Below, one piece after another: positions 1-13,389 of a DNA stretch of 64,000 bases. The DNA is from Felis catus (Eukaryota). The DNA lies in NCBI RefSeq assembly GCF_018350175.1, contig NC_058368.1, positions 180,918,001 through 180,982,000 on the forward strand, in the 5' to 3' direction. Below the pieces are notes generated by a model, which worked only from the letters and a program-made list of their open reading frames with translations, had not been told where the DNA came from and searched no databases. The translations under genes were made by a program, and so were the position numbers. The first letter of the stretch is position 1, and each line of letters opens with the position of its first letter.

Positions 1-2224
1 AATATGTCTGATCCTGGATCTTTCTCTTAGTGGGAAAGTGATACATTGATCCATGACATTAATGAGAGTGATTACGAACAGGTCTTTGATGTTAGAGTTA
101 TTTTCCATGCAGTCCTTTTAAAGGAAAGTAAATATCTCTGCCCCATCAAGAATGGAGTTGACATTCTCTGCAAAATTCAGAGAGAGAGGAGAAAGTAATG
201 AAGGGGAGTGTTTGTACTTGAAAAAATCGAAACAAAGAAACTCCCATAACAATTGTTGAAGTTATATTCTTAAAGTAAAATGAATTCTTTCCTAACTTGC
301 CAAAAATGGCAAATAAGACTGAAAGTCGACTTCCAAATGGTTGTCTTTGGCAGTCTCACACTATTTCATGTAAAATATAGTCCATTTTACAGGAAGAGTT
401 GTAAGGAATTGGCTAAGACATGATGACATTCATGAATTCAGCATGACGGGAGGATAGGAAGAGGAGAAAGAAGATGCTAGAGAAGTAAAGAAGGAGAGTA
501 AACGTGAAAGATGGAAACACTGAAGAGGTGAAAGACTGAGAAGGATTTTTTTTTTGTCATCCTCAAATCTCTAAAACGTCTTTTACATATATGAAAACTC
601 TAAACTCAAATGGAGGCGAGATAAAGCCAATGAGACCCATTATGCCAGGAGGGAATCATGGAACATGGGTGAAGGAGAGCACATACACTCGAGTTTGCCT
701 GAAACCGACTATTAAGTGGGAAATATCTGGCAAGTAACTCCCTGTATTTCAATTGAAAATGCCTGCTTAAAGCAGGTGTCCTGCTTCCCTTTTTCTTCCC
801 TAGTTTGAGAGCCAATTACAAATGCCTTCTGGTGATTCAGACCAAAAAAATTACCAAACTCTGTAACAGAACAAGGCTGCCTAGGAATCTGAACTTTGTT
901 TACACAATTAGGAGACACTCACGTGCACATTCTGTAAATGACAAGGTTCCCGCAGCAAATTAACAAGAATAATTTTCCCATCTCAGGAGCTGTCAAGATG
1001 GGCCCTGTTGGCCAATTTATCTTACTCTAGCACATCTCTGGTGCTTGTCAATCAATATGTGAAACATTTGGTGCTGATTGCCATTTTTCTCTCCACTTCC
1101 TTTTGCCTCTTGTACCAGGCAATTTACTGCAAGTCAATCAAGGTCGAAGCCGACCTTGTTTAAATAAAACACTGTTCAGCTTCTTTCACACCAACAATTT
1201 CAAAGACAGTGTAAATGTAAAAGATACAGCTCATTCTATCTTTCTTTCCACCCCCCCCAACATTCTCCTAAAATGTTACCTTTGAGTTATAAGCCATAAC
1301 TAAAACCACCTGGAGACTGAGAAAACTAAGTTGAGAAAGGGTGAGGAAATGTGTATTTTGGATGCCGATCTTCACTATTAAAGAACCTCTCTGCCAGCAG
1401 AGAGGTCTTACATTAAAGAGCATTCATGACGGTCTTGCCGACACCAGGAAGCCCTCAGTCAGGGCAGGGCCACATGGCACAGATCATATACCCCTGATTA
1501 TCAGAACACGAAAACACAAAGCAAGCAATTTAATGTATTTGCCCTGGTGATCAGGTCCTATAGTTGACAGAATCTTAGGACATTTTGGGGATAGATCATC
1601 CTGTACCAACTTAAACCTTTATTATCATCATTACATACACGGAAGAAAAATGTAGAGAGAAAGCAGCAAAGCCTGTTGAAGCTCTTGAGAATAATCTGCT
1701 CACAGGTTTTGTTTTGAAAACCTTGTTTTTCCTGCACACCATCTCTAATCTTTTTTTTTTTTTCTTTTTCTGAATAAATCCAGCCCTGGTTGCTTAGTAA
1801 AATACAACTTTGCAACCCCACCCCTGCAAATGTTAAGAATAAACATTGAAATGAGTCCCGGCTAAATTTGACTCTCAAAGAAAGAAATACAGTTAGACAA
1901 ATATAGAGTTTCCTGAAAATAGTAACATGCAACTTAACTGCTAAAGTACCGCTATGCTCTCAAAATGATTAGTGAGAAATCAATGTTTTTTAAGTGCCTA
2001 CTATTACATATAAGACCCAGTTCAGTGTTTTCAAATGTGTGATTTCTCCCATTTTAACCTAGAAAAAAAAAAAGCAAACAAGATATTCTTATATTCTCAG
2101 GAAGAATGATCCCTGCTCTTTCACACTAAATGCAGTTGCACTGGGCTTGAACATATCTTGAGCTAGCTGATGGTCTTATTTTGTTTCATCATTAGTCACA
2201 AGTTACTGCTGATGAAGTTGCTCT

Positions 2225-2410
2225 TCCATTTGACAATCTTTGGGTGTCTATTATGCATCAGGCACCATGGAGGACATACTGGTGGGCAAAACCAAAGGAC
2301 TCTGTTTCTTGGAGCCCAGAGTCAGGTCAGAGTGTAAGACATTAATGAAGTCATCTCAAAAATAAAAGTATTGTTACAAACTGAGAGCAGTGCTGTGTAG
2401 GGGTACTTAA
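2225..2410 (-). mobile_element. L2 fragment
   Basis: ATGCATCAGGCACCATG...TCTTGGAGCCCAGAGTC. Confidence 0.5.
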
Positions 2411-3064
2411 TGGTGGCGTCAAGAAGACTGGGAAATTAGGATATAAGCCAGCTGAACTCTCACAGCCTGGAGCTGCCCACCCTAACCCAGTACTGCTCAA
2501 ATGTGGTCCATGAGTCCCAACCAAACAGCATCCAATGAGGGAAATACAGATGTTGTAAGAAAATGGTTAGGAACTTTTATAGCAACTTGACATGGCCATG
2601 ATTACATGCTGGATTAGGAGGAATGGGTCATAGACCATTTTGAGTGAAGTCAGACTCACATGGGGAGTCACATATGATACAGGCTGAACACAGGCCATGT
2701 GCATAAGGACCAGATTTAAAGGGTTCCTCAAGAATTGGAGAATAAAAGTCTCTTTCACCACACACAGTTTGATAAGTTCCGATCTGAGAATGTAAACAAT
2801 ACCCGCTCCCTGCCTAATGTTCATGAAGCCAAATACTTGGCCTCATTCAGACCACAAAAGACTTTATTCTTGGTCTGAGAGGGTGAGATGTCTGAGCTGT
2901 CAGTAGAAGAGTGCCGTGTAGAGCCATTACTGTGAGGTCTAGAAAGAAAGCGTTGAATTCAGTCAAAAAGAATTCAAGTTTCTTTTGGGTATACAGCAAG
3001 CACAATAAAAGTTAACTAATGAGGAGGGCCACTGAGTGCTGTGTTTATGCTCCATTTCTTTCTC

Positions 3065-3590
3065 TGGAGCTGGTAACGTGGGTGAGATCTGTCTAGAAAT
3101 GTCATTAGACTGGACATTTACGGTATGTACACGTTTCTCTGTATGTATAAGACACTTAAATAAAAAACTTTAAAATGTCATGATCAAAAAAGACAAAGGA
3201 AAAGGAATTTCCTCAGATTAAAGGAGACTGAAAAGACATGAACATGAAATGCAGTGTGTGATCCTAAAACCAACACTTGCCTGGGAAACAAGAGCTGAAA
3301 GTGGCATCGTTGGGGCGACAGATGATGTTTAAATATGGACTGAGGGTGACCTCATAGATCGATGTTAACTTTGTTTTTTGGAAACTGGACTGGGGTTATG
3401 CGAGAGAACGTCTTTGTTCTTAGGAGAGAGAGAAAATGAGTGTTACTGAGAGAGGCAGAGAACAGTGAGGGAGAGAAGGATAAAGCAAAGAGATACAGTT
3501 GGTGGATCTGGTAAAGCGTGTACAGGTGTTCTTTCCACTATTTCTGTAATTTTGAAATTGTGCCAAAACAAAGTTACAAAAGGGAGAGTA
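3065..3590 (+). mobile_element. Old L1M (L1MC/L1ME-type) 3' fragments
   Basis: AAAAGACATG..AAATGCAGTGTGTGATCCT; GGATCTGGTAAAG..TACAGGTGTTCTTT..TTTTGAAATT. Confidence 0.7.
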
Positions 3591-3611
3591 GTTTTAAAAT
3601 AAAAGTTAACT

Positions 3612-3835
3612 GGGGTGCCTGGGTGGCGCAGTCGGTTGAGCGTCCGACTTCAGCCAGGTCAAGATCTTGCGGTCCGTGAGTTCGAGCCCCGCGTCGGGCT
3701 CTGGGCTGATGGCTCAGAGCCTGGAGCCTGTTTCCGATTCTGTGTCTCCCTCTCTCTCTGCCCCTCGCCTGTTCATGCTCTGTCTCTGTCCCCCCAAAAA
3801 ATAAATAAACGTTGAAAAAAAAAATTAAAAAAAAA
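3612..3835 (+). mobile_element. Young felid Can-SINE (SINEC_Fc), full length
   Basis: GGGGTGCCTGGGTGGCGCAGTCGG head, B box GTTCGAGCCC, CT-rich tract, AATAAA and A tail; perfect 12-bp TSD AAAAGTTAACTG (3601-3612 / 3836-3847). Confidence 0.97.
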
Positions 3836-4796
3836 AAAAGTTAACTGTTCTTGAAATGAATGACCAGCCCAACTAGGTGGTACATAGTCACTCCAACAAA
3901 TTGGGTGTTTTGAGCAATGGAAAGTCATGTGGCAAGGTCTCTCTCAGCATTCAGAGTCACTGGCACAATTACCCCTCAAATGGAGGTTGGGAAAGCTTGA
4001 CAGTTCCCTAGGCGGACATGATTTTCAACACAGTCTGACATAGTCTGATAGAATAACCTTTTTTTTTTTTTTTTTTGACGTTAATTCACTCGTGATTTTT
4101 ACTGCAATGCTGAGTATCTTATCTGGAGGTGGTCCTTAATGGTGCATGGTATATTTTATTGATGTTTCTTTTATTCTGGTGTTTATCTTCCTCGTGATTA
4201 TATCTGTTGTTACTCTCTGTCTCCTTCAAAATGCTATTCTCTTGTGAGACTAGGCAGTGCTTGGAGGCTTAATGAGGCTTCTATATTGTTTGCTGATTTA
4301 TTGGGTTCTCAGATAGCATGGGGGTGGGGAGAGAAAGGAGATGTGAAGAGGTAGGGTGCTCCAGGATCAACTAAACAGTTTGTATCAAGTTCATTTTTTA
4401 TGTGTGTAGAATTCTCAAAGAGCAACCTTCAGTTACAGTGGAACCCGTACGGGAGAAACACACTAGTCTTTTTCTAATTCCTCCTATTACTTCTCTCTCA
4501 TAATTTCTGAAGTATCATTATGAGATCCATGCATCACGCTAGAGGGTAGAATTCCAAATCTGTCTGTGGAGCTTGGCATAAAAGTCAGGGTCCCATCTCT
4601 TTTGCTCTGAGCTCCAAATTGAAGTTTTAGTCTTTCCTTGCCATCAGGCTTTGAGTTTCAAATGCTTTCCTATTGTTACTTTTGGCACTTCCTAAAGGCA
4701 AGGGGTGAGTTGTACTTGCCTTAAGTAAGAGTATTTTTCGACCTATTGCATAGGCAAGTCAGTTTCCTTCCCATTCTTGGAAAATTTTCCCATCAC

Positions 4797-4827
<31 letters not shown>

Positions 4828-5984
4828 GAAAGAAAAGAAAAATTGTCTTTCTCTAAGAGAAACTAAAAACACTGCATGTGCTCACTAAAATTAGGTCATA
4901 ATGACAGAGGACATGGTATTGCATTTACCTTATATTTTGCTCTTGATTCTTTAAACGAACACACACTCGCATGCGTGTACACAGTCCTTCATTTCTAAAA
5001 TAAAATTCTGTAAAAAAAAAAAAATCCTGTATCTCAGGTTCTGTCTAACCTCTGCATTTTTCTTTCCTAAAAGCTCTGATGCCTTGGTTTTCGATGCTAA
5101 CAAATGTTATATGACAGGTTCCCCGATTTACTGCTCTGCACCCTTTTTAATTATGGATGTATGAAGGAAAATTTCACTGAGGAAAACAATAAATCACCAG
5201 TGAAATTATTTGTTAGTTGAATGAGCTGAATAAACAGTTGGCTTCAGGGCAAAGATTCGTGTGGCATCTTTTAAGTCATTCCCCATTTTCCCTCTCAATT
5301 TCTACACAAAAGCAGGACTGGGCCTGCAGGAATCAGCTGGGAACGTAGATGTTGCCACTTAAGTGAGGGAAAAGTAAACACTTGATCCACAGATGTCTTC
5401 AGTGTTGAATAAAATAATTTTTGCCAGCTTTTAGTAATAATGACAGCATTCAGAAACAGTTGAGCACGCGTGGTATACATATGCCATTTCATTTAATTCA
5501 AACAACCCTGTTTACCTACACCCTCATTAATTTCTTTAAGCTAGAAAGGGGCAGGCCCAGAATTCAAACCAGTTTCTGACTCCAAATCATGAGCTTCTCA
5601 GCCATCAGGTGTCCACAAATTTCCTCAAAGATAACCACACTTCCTCCAAGAAGTCCTCACGTATTATTTAAGCTTTAAAAAAGACGGAGGCCAAGTTAAG
5701 GACTGAAACCCTGGTTCATGTTACTTTCTATCTTTACCATGCTCTTTTACTCTGTTTAGGTGATGGAGAAAACAGTTTCCAGTTTCTCTGGTAGAAAATG
5801 GAATTTCAAACAGAGTATGCACATAAGAGGCTGAGATGAGAATCACAGAAAAATGTGCCATCACTGGACTTCCTTCTGGGAGGTGAAAGAAGAATAATAA
5901 GATGGTTAGTTTCAATTTGAAAGCATGGAATGTGTCAGGAATGATAACTAGTTATTGCTATTTTTATAATAAATGTCTCCCTCA

Positions 5985-6505
5985 GAGTCACAACCAGACA
6001 TCGAACATTGGATGCTTCCACGTAGGAATTAGTTTAGCACCCATCCTTGATGTCCCTGTTGAACTTGTCCAAAAAGTTATCAAGAATCATGGCCACTTTG
6101 AACGCATTCATACAAATAGTGCTGACAGTTTTCAAGCTAGGACAAATGTCTCAGCTTTGGACTTCCTCTCACACCAGCAAATCGGCTGCCTGTAGCAAAT
6201 CCCATAAACATCTCAGCTGGAAACTTTGTTTAAAGCTATTTAAATGGTCCCTGGAGCTCCCAACTTTGGAAACGTATTTGAGTCTGGTATTCAGATATTC
6301 ACGTTAGAATTGCCAAGCATCTCTGTGGCTCCTATTGTATCATTAAGCTTCAGATTCCTGGTCCATATATTGATTAGATTTTGCTTTATGTCGGACGTTA
6401 TCAACTTGTGTGGAGACAACTGCTCTTGGACTAGTGACTCAAGTCTGTATTTCTTATGTGTATTTTCTATTGACCTCAATACAACACCAGGTGCAGGTTC
6501 CAAAG
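5985..6505 (-). mobile_element. Probable ancient non-LTR retrotransposon (RTE-X/L4-like) ORF2 3' fossil
   Basis: Decayed minus-strand translation ...VYGICYRQPICWCERKSKAETFVLA*KL...RSKW resembles the C-terminal CxC...E...L.C.L...R motif of such LINEs. Confidence 0.4.
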
Positions 6506-6879
6506 GGCTTCACTAGAACTTCTCCAGGAGAACCAAGACGGGAATCAAAGGGTCTTGGAAGGTGGAAGGCAGCCACAGAGCTCTTTGGAGGCAATTTTGT
6601 TTATGGTTTCATGTTATGGTTCGTGTGGTTATGGCTTCATGAAAGATGAGCGACTCCTTCCTACCTATTACAAATGCATAAAAATTGTGACTACGGGCAG
6701 AAAACAAAAAGCTCCCCTTCAGGTAGCAGCACAACTAAGTTGTGTGTTGTGCTCTATAGTCTGTTGCTTTTGGCACTGACTACTTAGTGGCTCTGATGCA
6801 CAACCGTCTCCAGAGATTGAAAAAAGTGTAAAGAACATAAAATCTTGATGGTGTCAATAAGAAATCAGACACATACCTC

Positions 6880-7515
6880 AACAGGAAAATGGACAAAGTA
6901 GAGGTGAACATGAACTTCCCAGATACACACCCATGCACATATTTGTAACTAGATGAAAAGATGTTTGACCTCACTACTAATCAAATAAATACAACTTTAG
7001 AAAATGATGGGATGGATTTTTTTTTATTAAATTAGCAACTGGACCAGGATTTTTAGTAAGTGTAATATCTAATGCTGGGAAAAGTCTAGGAAATTCAGCA
7101 CTCTCATCTAGTGACAGGAGAGTATATGCTGAAATACACCTTTTTTGAAGAGCGATTCAACCATACGTTCACAACCTTGAATCACTCAACTTACAGGACA
7201 TTTTCCTGAGGTCATTATCAGAGATGGGTGTGAAATGGGCATGGTACTCACTCTATCTCTTTTTCTTTACTGTAAAAACCAAGAAACTCAACATCCATCA
7301 GGGGTGGAAAGCTTAAATAACCAGTAGTGAATCCATACATTCCTATGCATATAGTCCTTCAAATAGTATTTCAGAAGAATATTAAGGCATGTGAGAAAAT
7401 ATAAATGCCATTATACATATATATGCACTTCCACAAGAAATACTGTAAGTTATTACTAGGATTATAGTTTTCTTCTTTATGTTTTTCTCTTAATTCCTTT
7501 CTGAACTTACCCAAC
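6880..7515 (+). mobile_element. L1ME fragment
   Basis: ATGAAAAGATGTTTGACCTCACTACTAATCAAA, GCACTCTCAT, ACATCCATCAGGGG motifs. Confidence 0.7.
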
Positions 7516-9204
7516 TTAAAAAAGTGAACACAGAGTGCTTTGTAGTGTGTATAATTATACATATATTAAGATACATACATATTTAGGTATCTATATCTAT
7601 TTCTATATCTTTACTGGGAATCTTGCCCTTTTCTGATGTCACTAAGTTAATTACACCCACCCACAAATCCTATAGGAAATGGACATGGTAAGGCATGTTC
7701 TGTTTTATCAGAACATTCACACTTATCACAGTGCAATAGATAAGGTGCTCTGACAAAAGTCCTGGTTAAGATTGTTTAAAGTGTGGCACTCTTCCTTTTT
7801 TGGTGAGACAACTTCAAAACAGAGTGGGCAAACTCAATGATACATAAGTCAAAGTGTGTCAGCCCAGAGCTGGGTGGGGCCTGAAAAAGATGTCACATTT
7901 GTCACAGTAGCTGCCACCTCATTTGGAAAGCCCACAAAATCCTAACAGTGTCCTCAAGTAGTCTTAGATGTTTCCACTGTGTCTACAGGGGAAGGGGCTG
8001 GTCTGAAACCCTTTGGTGAAAGGGACTGTTTGTTAACTCCAATAGACAATTATGAAGGGCAATTAAAAATTCAAATTATGTTAATAGGCCAGAGAAAAAT
8101 GACTGTTTGCAGAAATCAGTGGCAATTACCAGACATAATGGTTCTCAATTAGGCTGGAGGGGATTTTCAGTCATTCATAATTCACTATCTTAAATGTATC
8201 ATAAAAAAGTAATTGTTACTTGTTAATAAAACTTACTTAAAAACAACGTAGCTATCTTGTGTAGAAAGTAACTCTTCTCTCTCTCCCTCCTCAGTTGTTT
8301 TAAAAGGTATAGTCCCAATTTGAAAATGTGGTGCAGGCTGGTTTGAAACAAAATCAAACAATGCAAATGGGTTTAAAATAAAAAAGCTGTTTCTAGCCCT
8401 CTACTTTGAGCTTCCCAGGGGTAACCATTGTTTTATCAATTCAAGGAGTATTCTTTCTCCCAACCACTTCCCTGCTCCCATTAAAAAGGGGGGAGGGGGT
8501 GGGAAGACTGTCCAAGGAATATGTCATATTGATATTTTTAGTCAATTAAAGGTGAAAACATAAAAACATTATCTTGCTGCTTCTGTCGTGTTTGTTTTTC
8601 TCCCAAGGTTTTTGATTTTTTTATTTTTATATTCATATGCAGCTTCCATTACCCCTAGGAATACAGTCAGCATTCACGCATGTCCTTACAATTCTATTCT
8701 GAGGCAATGCAGTGTGCTGTATAAATTGCACTGTTCATGGGATGTGATTCAAGGACTCTGACCAGTTGGTTCTAAGCTTTATTTCTGGTGCTTCAGAGAG
8801 AACCAAAGAGGGCTACAAGAAGCAAGAAACAAGGAGAAAGGAGTCAGGGAAGGACTCTTAAATAACCCAAGGATTCAATGCATGGATTTTTCTCTTGCTG
8901 GGTACCAGCAGAGAATGCCTGTTTTGTCTACTCTTATGGATCACGCTGAAAAAATGACAATTGCGTCCTCAATTTTCTTGCCCAATCAGGAAAACTTAAT
9001 ACAACCTTAAGATCTAAATTGTAGTTCTGCATCCAACAGAAAGAAGGAAGCAAAGATAAGAATGAGCTCTTTTGGTCCCCATGCAATCATAGTCTCACTG
9101 TGCTGAGACACGGTTCAGCAATATTTCCAGAAACTTCTCTAAAAGGAAGCTCTAGGCTACTCTGACCCAGGACCTTTAGAGACATGACCTTATTTAATTT
9201 TTCA

Positions 9205-9350
9205 TCATTATCCTATGAAGGGGGCGTTTTTATAACCCAATCTTACAGCTGAGGGCACTGAGTGCTCAGAATAACACTGAGTAACTGGCAGTACTAGCAT
9301 TTGAACCCAGATATTTCTTGATCTGAAGCCTACATGCATTACCTTCCAAC
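9205..9350 (-). mobile_element. MIR
   Basis: TTACAGCTGAGGGCACTGAG..CTCAGA; ATTTGAACCCAG. Confidence 0.65.
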
Positions 9351-9799
9351 CTATGGCTTCTTGGCTGAAATGGTACAGACATACACAACTGTGGGATGTC
9401 ACAGTTTATGACTGCTAAGCTATGACTGTGCTATATTTTTCTTTCTTTCATGGAAATGATGCTACCCACTACACTGACCAGTGAACATCTTAGGGATATT
9501 TAAGACCACAGAATCAGCTTCACATACATAAATGGTCCCAATTTTGAACATTTTTTCAGAAAGTATTTGGAGCAATGTCAACTGCATGAGTTTACTTTGA
9601 AAATAGCTACCAGTACAGAAACAAAGTATCTATAACCTGTCCTTCTTGGTCTTGGGTCTTACAAGTGGGTGAACCCTCAGTGGGAGCAGAAGAATCTCCA
9701 CAAAGAGTCCTTCCAACATACGTTTTGTAACAAGATCGACACATGGTTGGCTTCTGGCTGTCATTCACATCATAGTGTCATTCACTTCTCGGGTGTTTG

Positions 9800-10035
9800 C
9801 CCTTCCAACACCTCTAGAGTGGTAGACAGAAAACACTTGGTACTCTCTCTCACATACCCTATTTCATGTTTTTTCAAACATTGCTCACACTGGTACGTTT
9901 TTGCTAATTTACCTATTCATATCTGCCTCTGCTTCCAGGGACATCAGCTCCATGAAAGCAAGGTCCTTGTCTGATGTGTTTACCACTGCATCCCTATCCC
10001 TAACTCAGTGCCTAGCATATAAATATTTGTTCACT
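9800..10035 (+). mobile_element. L2 3' end
   Basis: CTCCATGAAAGCAAGG..CTTGTCTG..CACTGCATCCC..CAGTGCCTAGCATATAAATATTTGTT. Confidence 0.75.
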
Positions 10036-10994
10036 AGTGAAGACATGTTTATACAATTAAGTATTTGTTGTCATCAACAGTCAGGTATGGGCTACGAGGA
10101 ATGGACTTTCATCTGCAAGAATCCTAGGAAATAAGAGCAATCAGGTCCTAAGAAAATTTTACCTGGGGTTGGTGACAGTCATGGATACTGAACAACTGAC
10201 ATAATGACAAGGATTTAGAAAGGAGAAACCACAAGGTCTCTTTGCCCTCCCCCTTACTGAGGGTGACTAGAGACCTCGGTATCTGAAAGCTGCAAAAATG
10301 AAGGGTCAACATTTCTTCAGTCGGTGCTAGACTGCTGGCCCACGTGGATGGTATGTTTTCAGTGAGATGGCAGCTCTATTATCTGAAGTAGAACACTCTT
10401 CTCTTCACTAGCAATGTTTCCCACTGTCAACTCAAGGCTATGATAATATTTGGGTCAACCAATCAATAGGAAGAGATGAGCTTTGAAAGAGAACTTTGGA
10501 AATGCTACTGTGACTTTCTTTACTAGAATTTGTTTCTGGCTGGGATCTGATTGCAAACACTCCATTCTTCTGGACTCATCTAGGTAACCTTTTGTGTGTG
10601 TTTCTGCATTCTTCTTGATTAACAAGAGGGACAAAGTTGTCACTATTGAAGGATATACTTCTGGCTGAGTCTCAAGTCCTTTGACCAAAATATTCTATCA
10701 TTTGTTTGAATTGTTTTTACTTTCCTTCTACAAATGCTTTGCACCTGATTTATAAGGTAAAAGCGATTGACTCTATTTTTATATTTTTAAAAAAGTTTCA
10801 ATATTTGCAAATTAAGATAAAACAAATTGTTTAAATGTATTAGAAAGTAATAAATGCTTAATGAACTTTTCAAATAAAGATGCGTGCAAAGAGGGAGAAG
10901 TCTTCTCTCTCATTCTCCACCCTCATGCTTCACCTATTCCTCCTAGTAAACCCACTCTCTAGATGGAACTATTCTGAATGGTTTCTTATGTGTC

Positions 10995-11187
10995 CAGTGG
11001 TACATCAGTAGAAGCGTAACAATGGTTATCCAGAAACAAAAAGCTCTGGTTTGCAGCACTTGCTGATTTCTGTGGAGAAACTATTCTCCCCATCTACAAA
11101 TTCAAGCTAAGGATATGATGGAATTGGGCAAAGGTATTGTACAATCGGTTCTATAAGACCACACGACTTGTCTGTACCACACCACCA
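10995..11187. mobile_element. MER63-like hAT (Blackjack) element
   Basis: CAGTGGT start, TTGCTGATTTCTGTGG...TTCAAGCTA...ACAATCGGTTCT...CACACCAC end. Confidence 0.65.
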
Positions 11188-11519
11188 TGTGTTCCCTTCA
11201 GATTATCTGTTTCTCTTCCTCTCTTCCTCCCTTTTTCTTCCTTCCTTCCCATTTGCTCTTTCCTTCCTTCCTTCTGTCCTTACATCTATACACGTACATA
11301 AACAGACATGTGAATCCGTATCGTACATGAACGTTGTGCATTTTGTTCTGCAACTTTCACTTTTTCATGTGGTATATGGTAGCTCTGCATTTTGAACATT
11401 TCTTGATGCTCCTTGTGACTGGAAACCCTGTGCTAGCTCAAGAGCAAAGCCGAGCATCATTTGATCTACGCGGACCAGCCTGTGAGCATGTGTGTGTGCC
11501 CACACACTCACTCTAGTCT

Positions 11520-12330
11520 ATCTATTGTAAAAGGGGGTAATTCATCATCGGGCAGCAGGTCCTGCTCAGATGGTTTATTGTCCTGACCTCATTAAAAGCA
11601 TGGAATCCACGCAGTGCCGTAAATCTATGCCTCTAAATACTTTCCTCTTTAAATTTTTAATACTGCACACATGAAGGGAAAGGTTAAAGCCAATTAAAAG
11701 AGATACAAATACCATTATTACAGCCCTGACAAACAGTTAGTTATTGGATTTGGTCGTTTCAGTTTAGAAAGCCATTATTTGTGTTCCTGAATGAATTAGT
11801 AATCAAGCTGTTTATTGACTTGTCTCATCTCCGAGATGCTAAATATTTTTTTTTTGGTCCATTCTCTCTCTCAATTGGCATCATTCCTACACACATAAAA
11901 ATTACAGACAACTTAAGGTCTAAGTGCAAACAATAACCGCACAGCTGCATGTAGAAATTCACATATGGACAGAGCCATCATTTGCACCGTGGTCCAGAAA
12001 GGAGAGGCACTTGATTCATTCTTATGCAGCAAATAGTTGTTATTGTCGTTGCTGTTGTTCCCCCTCCCATTAAAGCTATTATAGGATACTGACAAATACT
12101 AAAAGCATTTAGAGCTGAAAGAACGCTGGGAAAATTGCTGTAAAAGGATTGACAAATGATGATCTTTCTGTCCGCAAGGTTCTTATTTCCTGTGCAAAAT
12201 GGACCAAGAAAATAAAGAAAAAGACAGAATCATTAATGTAGGAACTTGGTCTTGTTTTCTGACATGAATTCATGTTTTCCATTGCATTTAGCCAAAAACG
12301 TGACTCTGTTTATGACGAGGCTGTAACATT
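11520..12330. promoter_or_regulatory. Candidate conserved non-coding element / enhancer
   Basis: Repeat-free block rich in TAAT/ATTA, TGTTTATT, TGACAG/TGACA motifs with retained CpGs; conservation not tested. Confidence 0.4.
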
Positions 12331-12766
12331 GTCACTGTTTTAGGCTTTCCTGAGTGCCCCCTTCTCTCCTGACCCTCTCTTCACTCCTCTGGGAACGTAA
12401 TTTAGGTTCTCTGGGATCTGAGATCACCTAAGGGTATTTAAGAGCAGATCTGAATTTTGACCACCTTGTTAATATAATTGTCCAGCCACAGGTCCAGGAT
12501 ATCTTGTGAGTAACAATGCTGACCACAGTGCAAGATTGGCTTCAGAATAAAGGCACACCCACAGACCCACAGACTCACATCCAAAAGAACTTATAAGACA
12601 CTTAATTCTAGAAGTGGCCTATCATTTCTCTTAGTATCCTGCCTATAAAAAGTCAAAGTCAGACTTTGAAAAAAAAAAAAAAAGAGGAAAGCTTATAGAA
12701 CGTTACAGAGCTCAACTTTCAAAGGAGATATCAAAACACACATGTTCATAAGGAAAATCACAACAC

Positions 12767-12824
<58 letters not shown>
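12767..12824. repeat. Compound microsatellite (CA)n(GA)n
   Basis: Directly visible. Confidence 0.98.
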
Positions 12825-12827
<3 letters not shown>

Positions 12828-12910
12828 GAAACATATTCCAATTAAGAGGATGTAAACCTAAAACTGAAAGGAGGATTTTTTCTATAGTCTTTCTTCTGGA
12901 AGGGCTAGAA

Positions 12911-13093
12911 GAGTGTGCTCAAAGTGTGTTCCCTGGACTGGCAGCATGACCACTGTCTGAAAACTTGTTAGAAATGCAAACTGGGGGACCCACCCCAGAC
13001 ACACTAAATTAGAAATTTGGGTTAGGGCCCAACAATGCGTTTGAACAAGCCCTCTGGAGGATTCTGACACCCAGTGAAGTTTGAGAATCTTTG
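12911..13093. mobile_element. MER5A hAT-Charlie MITE
   Basis: CTCAAAGTGTGTTCCCTGGAC...CTTGTTAGAAATGCAAA...AACAAGCCCTC...AGTTTGAGAA resembles the MER5A consensus. Confidence 0.85.
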
Positions 13094-13108
13094 TTCTACA
13101 GAATATAC

Positions 13109-13153
13109 TTTTTTTTTAAATTTACTTTTTGGGAGGGGAGGGGCAGAAAGAGG

Positions 13154-13184
<31 letters not shown>

Positions 13185-13295
13185 CGCCAAGTAGGCTTTG
13201 AGTTGTCAGCACAGTTGTCTCACCAACTTTGAGATCATCACCTGAGCCTAAACCAAGAGTCTGAGGATTAACCGACAGAGCCACACAGGCACCCC
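13109..13295 (-). mobile_element. Can-SINE, older and internally deleted
   Basis: Poly-T, (GA)n, ...GAGCCACACAGGCACCCC end; TSD CTACAGAATAYAC with 1 mismatch. Confidence 0.92.
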
Positions 13296-13389
13296 TACAG
13301 AATACACTTTCCATACTTAGCTGGTTCTCAAAGTCTGTCCTTGCAGTTAGCCATAATCTTTTAAACATGAGCTGACCACTCTCTCCTTT

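Noticed and set aside
3615..3815. Near-identical 66-aa ORFs at 3615 and 37961 (MPGWRSRLSVRLQPG...), plus similar MAQ... ORFs elsewhere
   Set aside because: They are translations of Can-SINE copies, not a gene family
5170..5207. 10-bp inverted repeat with an 18-nt loop
   Set aside because: About one such stem is expected by chance in 64 kb of AT-rich DNA
6137..6189. Possible terminal exon GSRFAGVRGSPKLRHLS-stop on the minus strand
   Set aside because: The acceptor lacks a pyrimidine tract, and the region is better explained as an old LINE remnant
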